Shown: piece after piece, positions 55,575 to 55,738 of the stretch
How positions within the stretch are numbered: the stretch's first letter is position 1
Layout: each line of letters opens with the position of its first letter
Virus record (IMG/VR): IMGVR_UViG_3300037243_000147
Coordinates: 1-55,738 of that record
From: a virus
Lineage: Duplodnaviria; Caudoviricetes
Reading direction: 5' to 3' (one strand)
DNA length: 55,738 nt
Notes under the pieces: generated by a model
What the model was told of the DNA's origin: nothing
Databases searched by the model: none
What the model saw: the letters and a program-made list of their open reading frames with translations, nothing else
Program-made: the position numbers and the translations under genes

Positions 55575-55738
55575 CACTAATACTAGTGATCCATACGCGA
55601 CTATTTTGAAGCCGCTGACGCCGGAACAAAAGAGTGTGTCTACCGCCGTCGCGGCGTCGAAAAAGTATGCTGCAGCTAACTCTAACGATCCCTACGCATC
55701 CATCTTAAGGCCTATCCCTGGCTCAACACCCTCTGGCC
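55564..55738 (+). CDS. 5' end of the next (probably large ejection) protein, truncated by the window
   Basis: MATNTNTSDPYATILKP...NDPYASILRP, open to the window end. Confidence 0.6.
   Translation, partial: MATNTNTSDPYATILKPLTPEQKSVSTAVAASKKYAAANSNDPYASILRPIPGSTPSG

Overview
Part of a tailed dsDNA bacteriophage genome, most likely podovirus-like (P22/T7-style portal, adaptor, nozzle and ejection-protein order, with no tape-measure gene in the window). Positions 1-13.8 kb are mostly small leftward (minus-strand) early/accessory genes. This arm is interrupted by a rightward replication unit: a degenerate AAA paralogue, an AAA_25/RepA-type helicase and an iteron-rich putative origin. A divergent promoter region lies at about 13.8-14.1 kb. 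The rightward arm carries small genes, terminase, portal, scaffold, capsid, adaptors, a signal-peptide-bearing beta-helix tailspike, nozzle, an acyl carrier protein next to a GNAT-like gene, and ejection proteins. Seven free-standing homing-endonuclease genes are interspersed. The most notable observations are: (1) four Zn-ribbon/HNH/AP2 endonuclease genes each carry a ~60-80 nt three-way-junction antisense RNA over their RBS/start codon, bracketed by convergent -10 boxes; (2) a canonical type II hammerhead ribozyme lies in the early operon among a series of intergenic hairpins; (3) an ACP + GNAT + GGK-motif virion-protein cluster suggests phage-encoded protein acylation; (4) three ribbon-helix-helix genes are apparently leaderless, each directly behind a sigma70-type promoter. 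All product calls come from motif recognition by eye; no searches were run.
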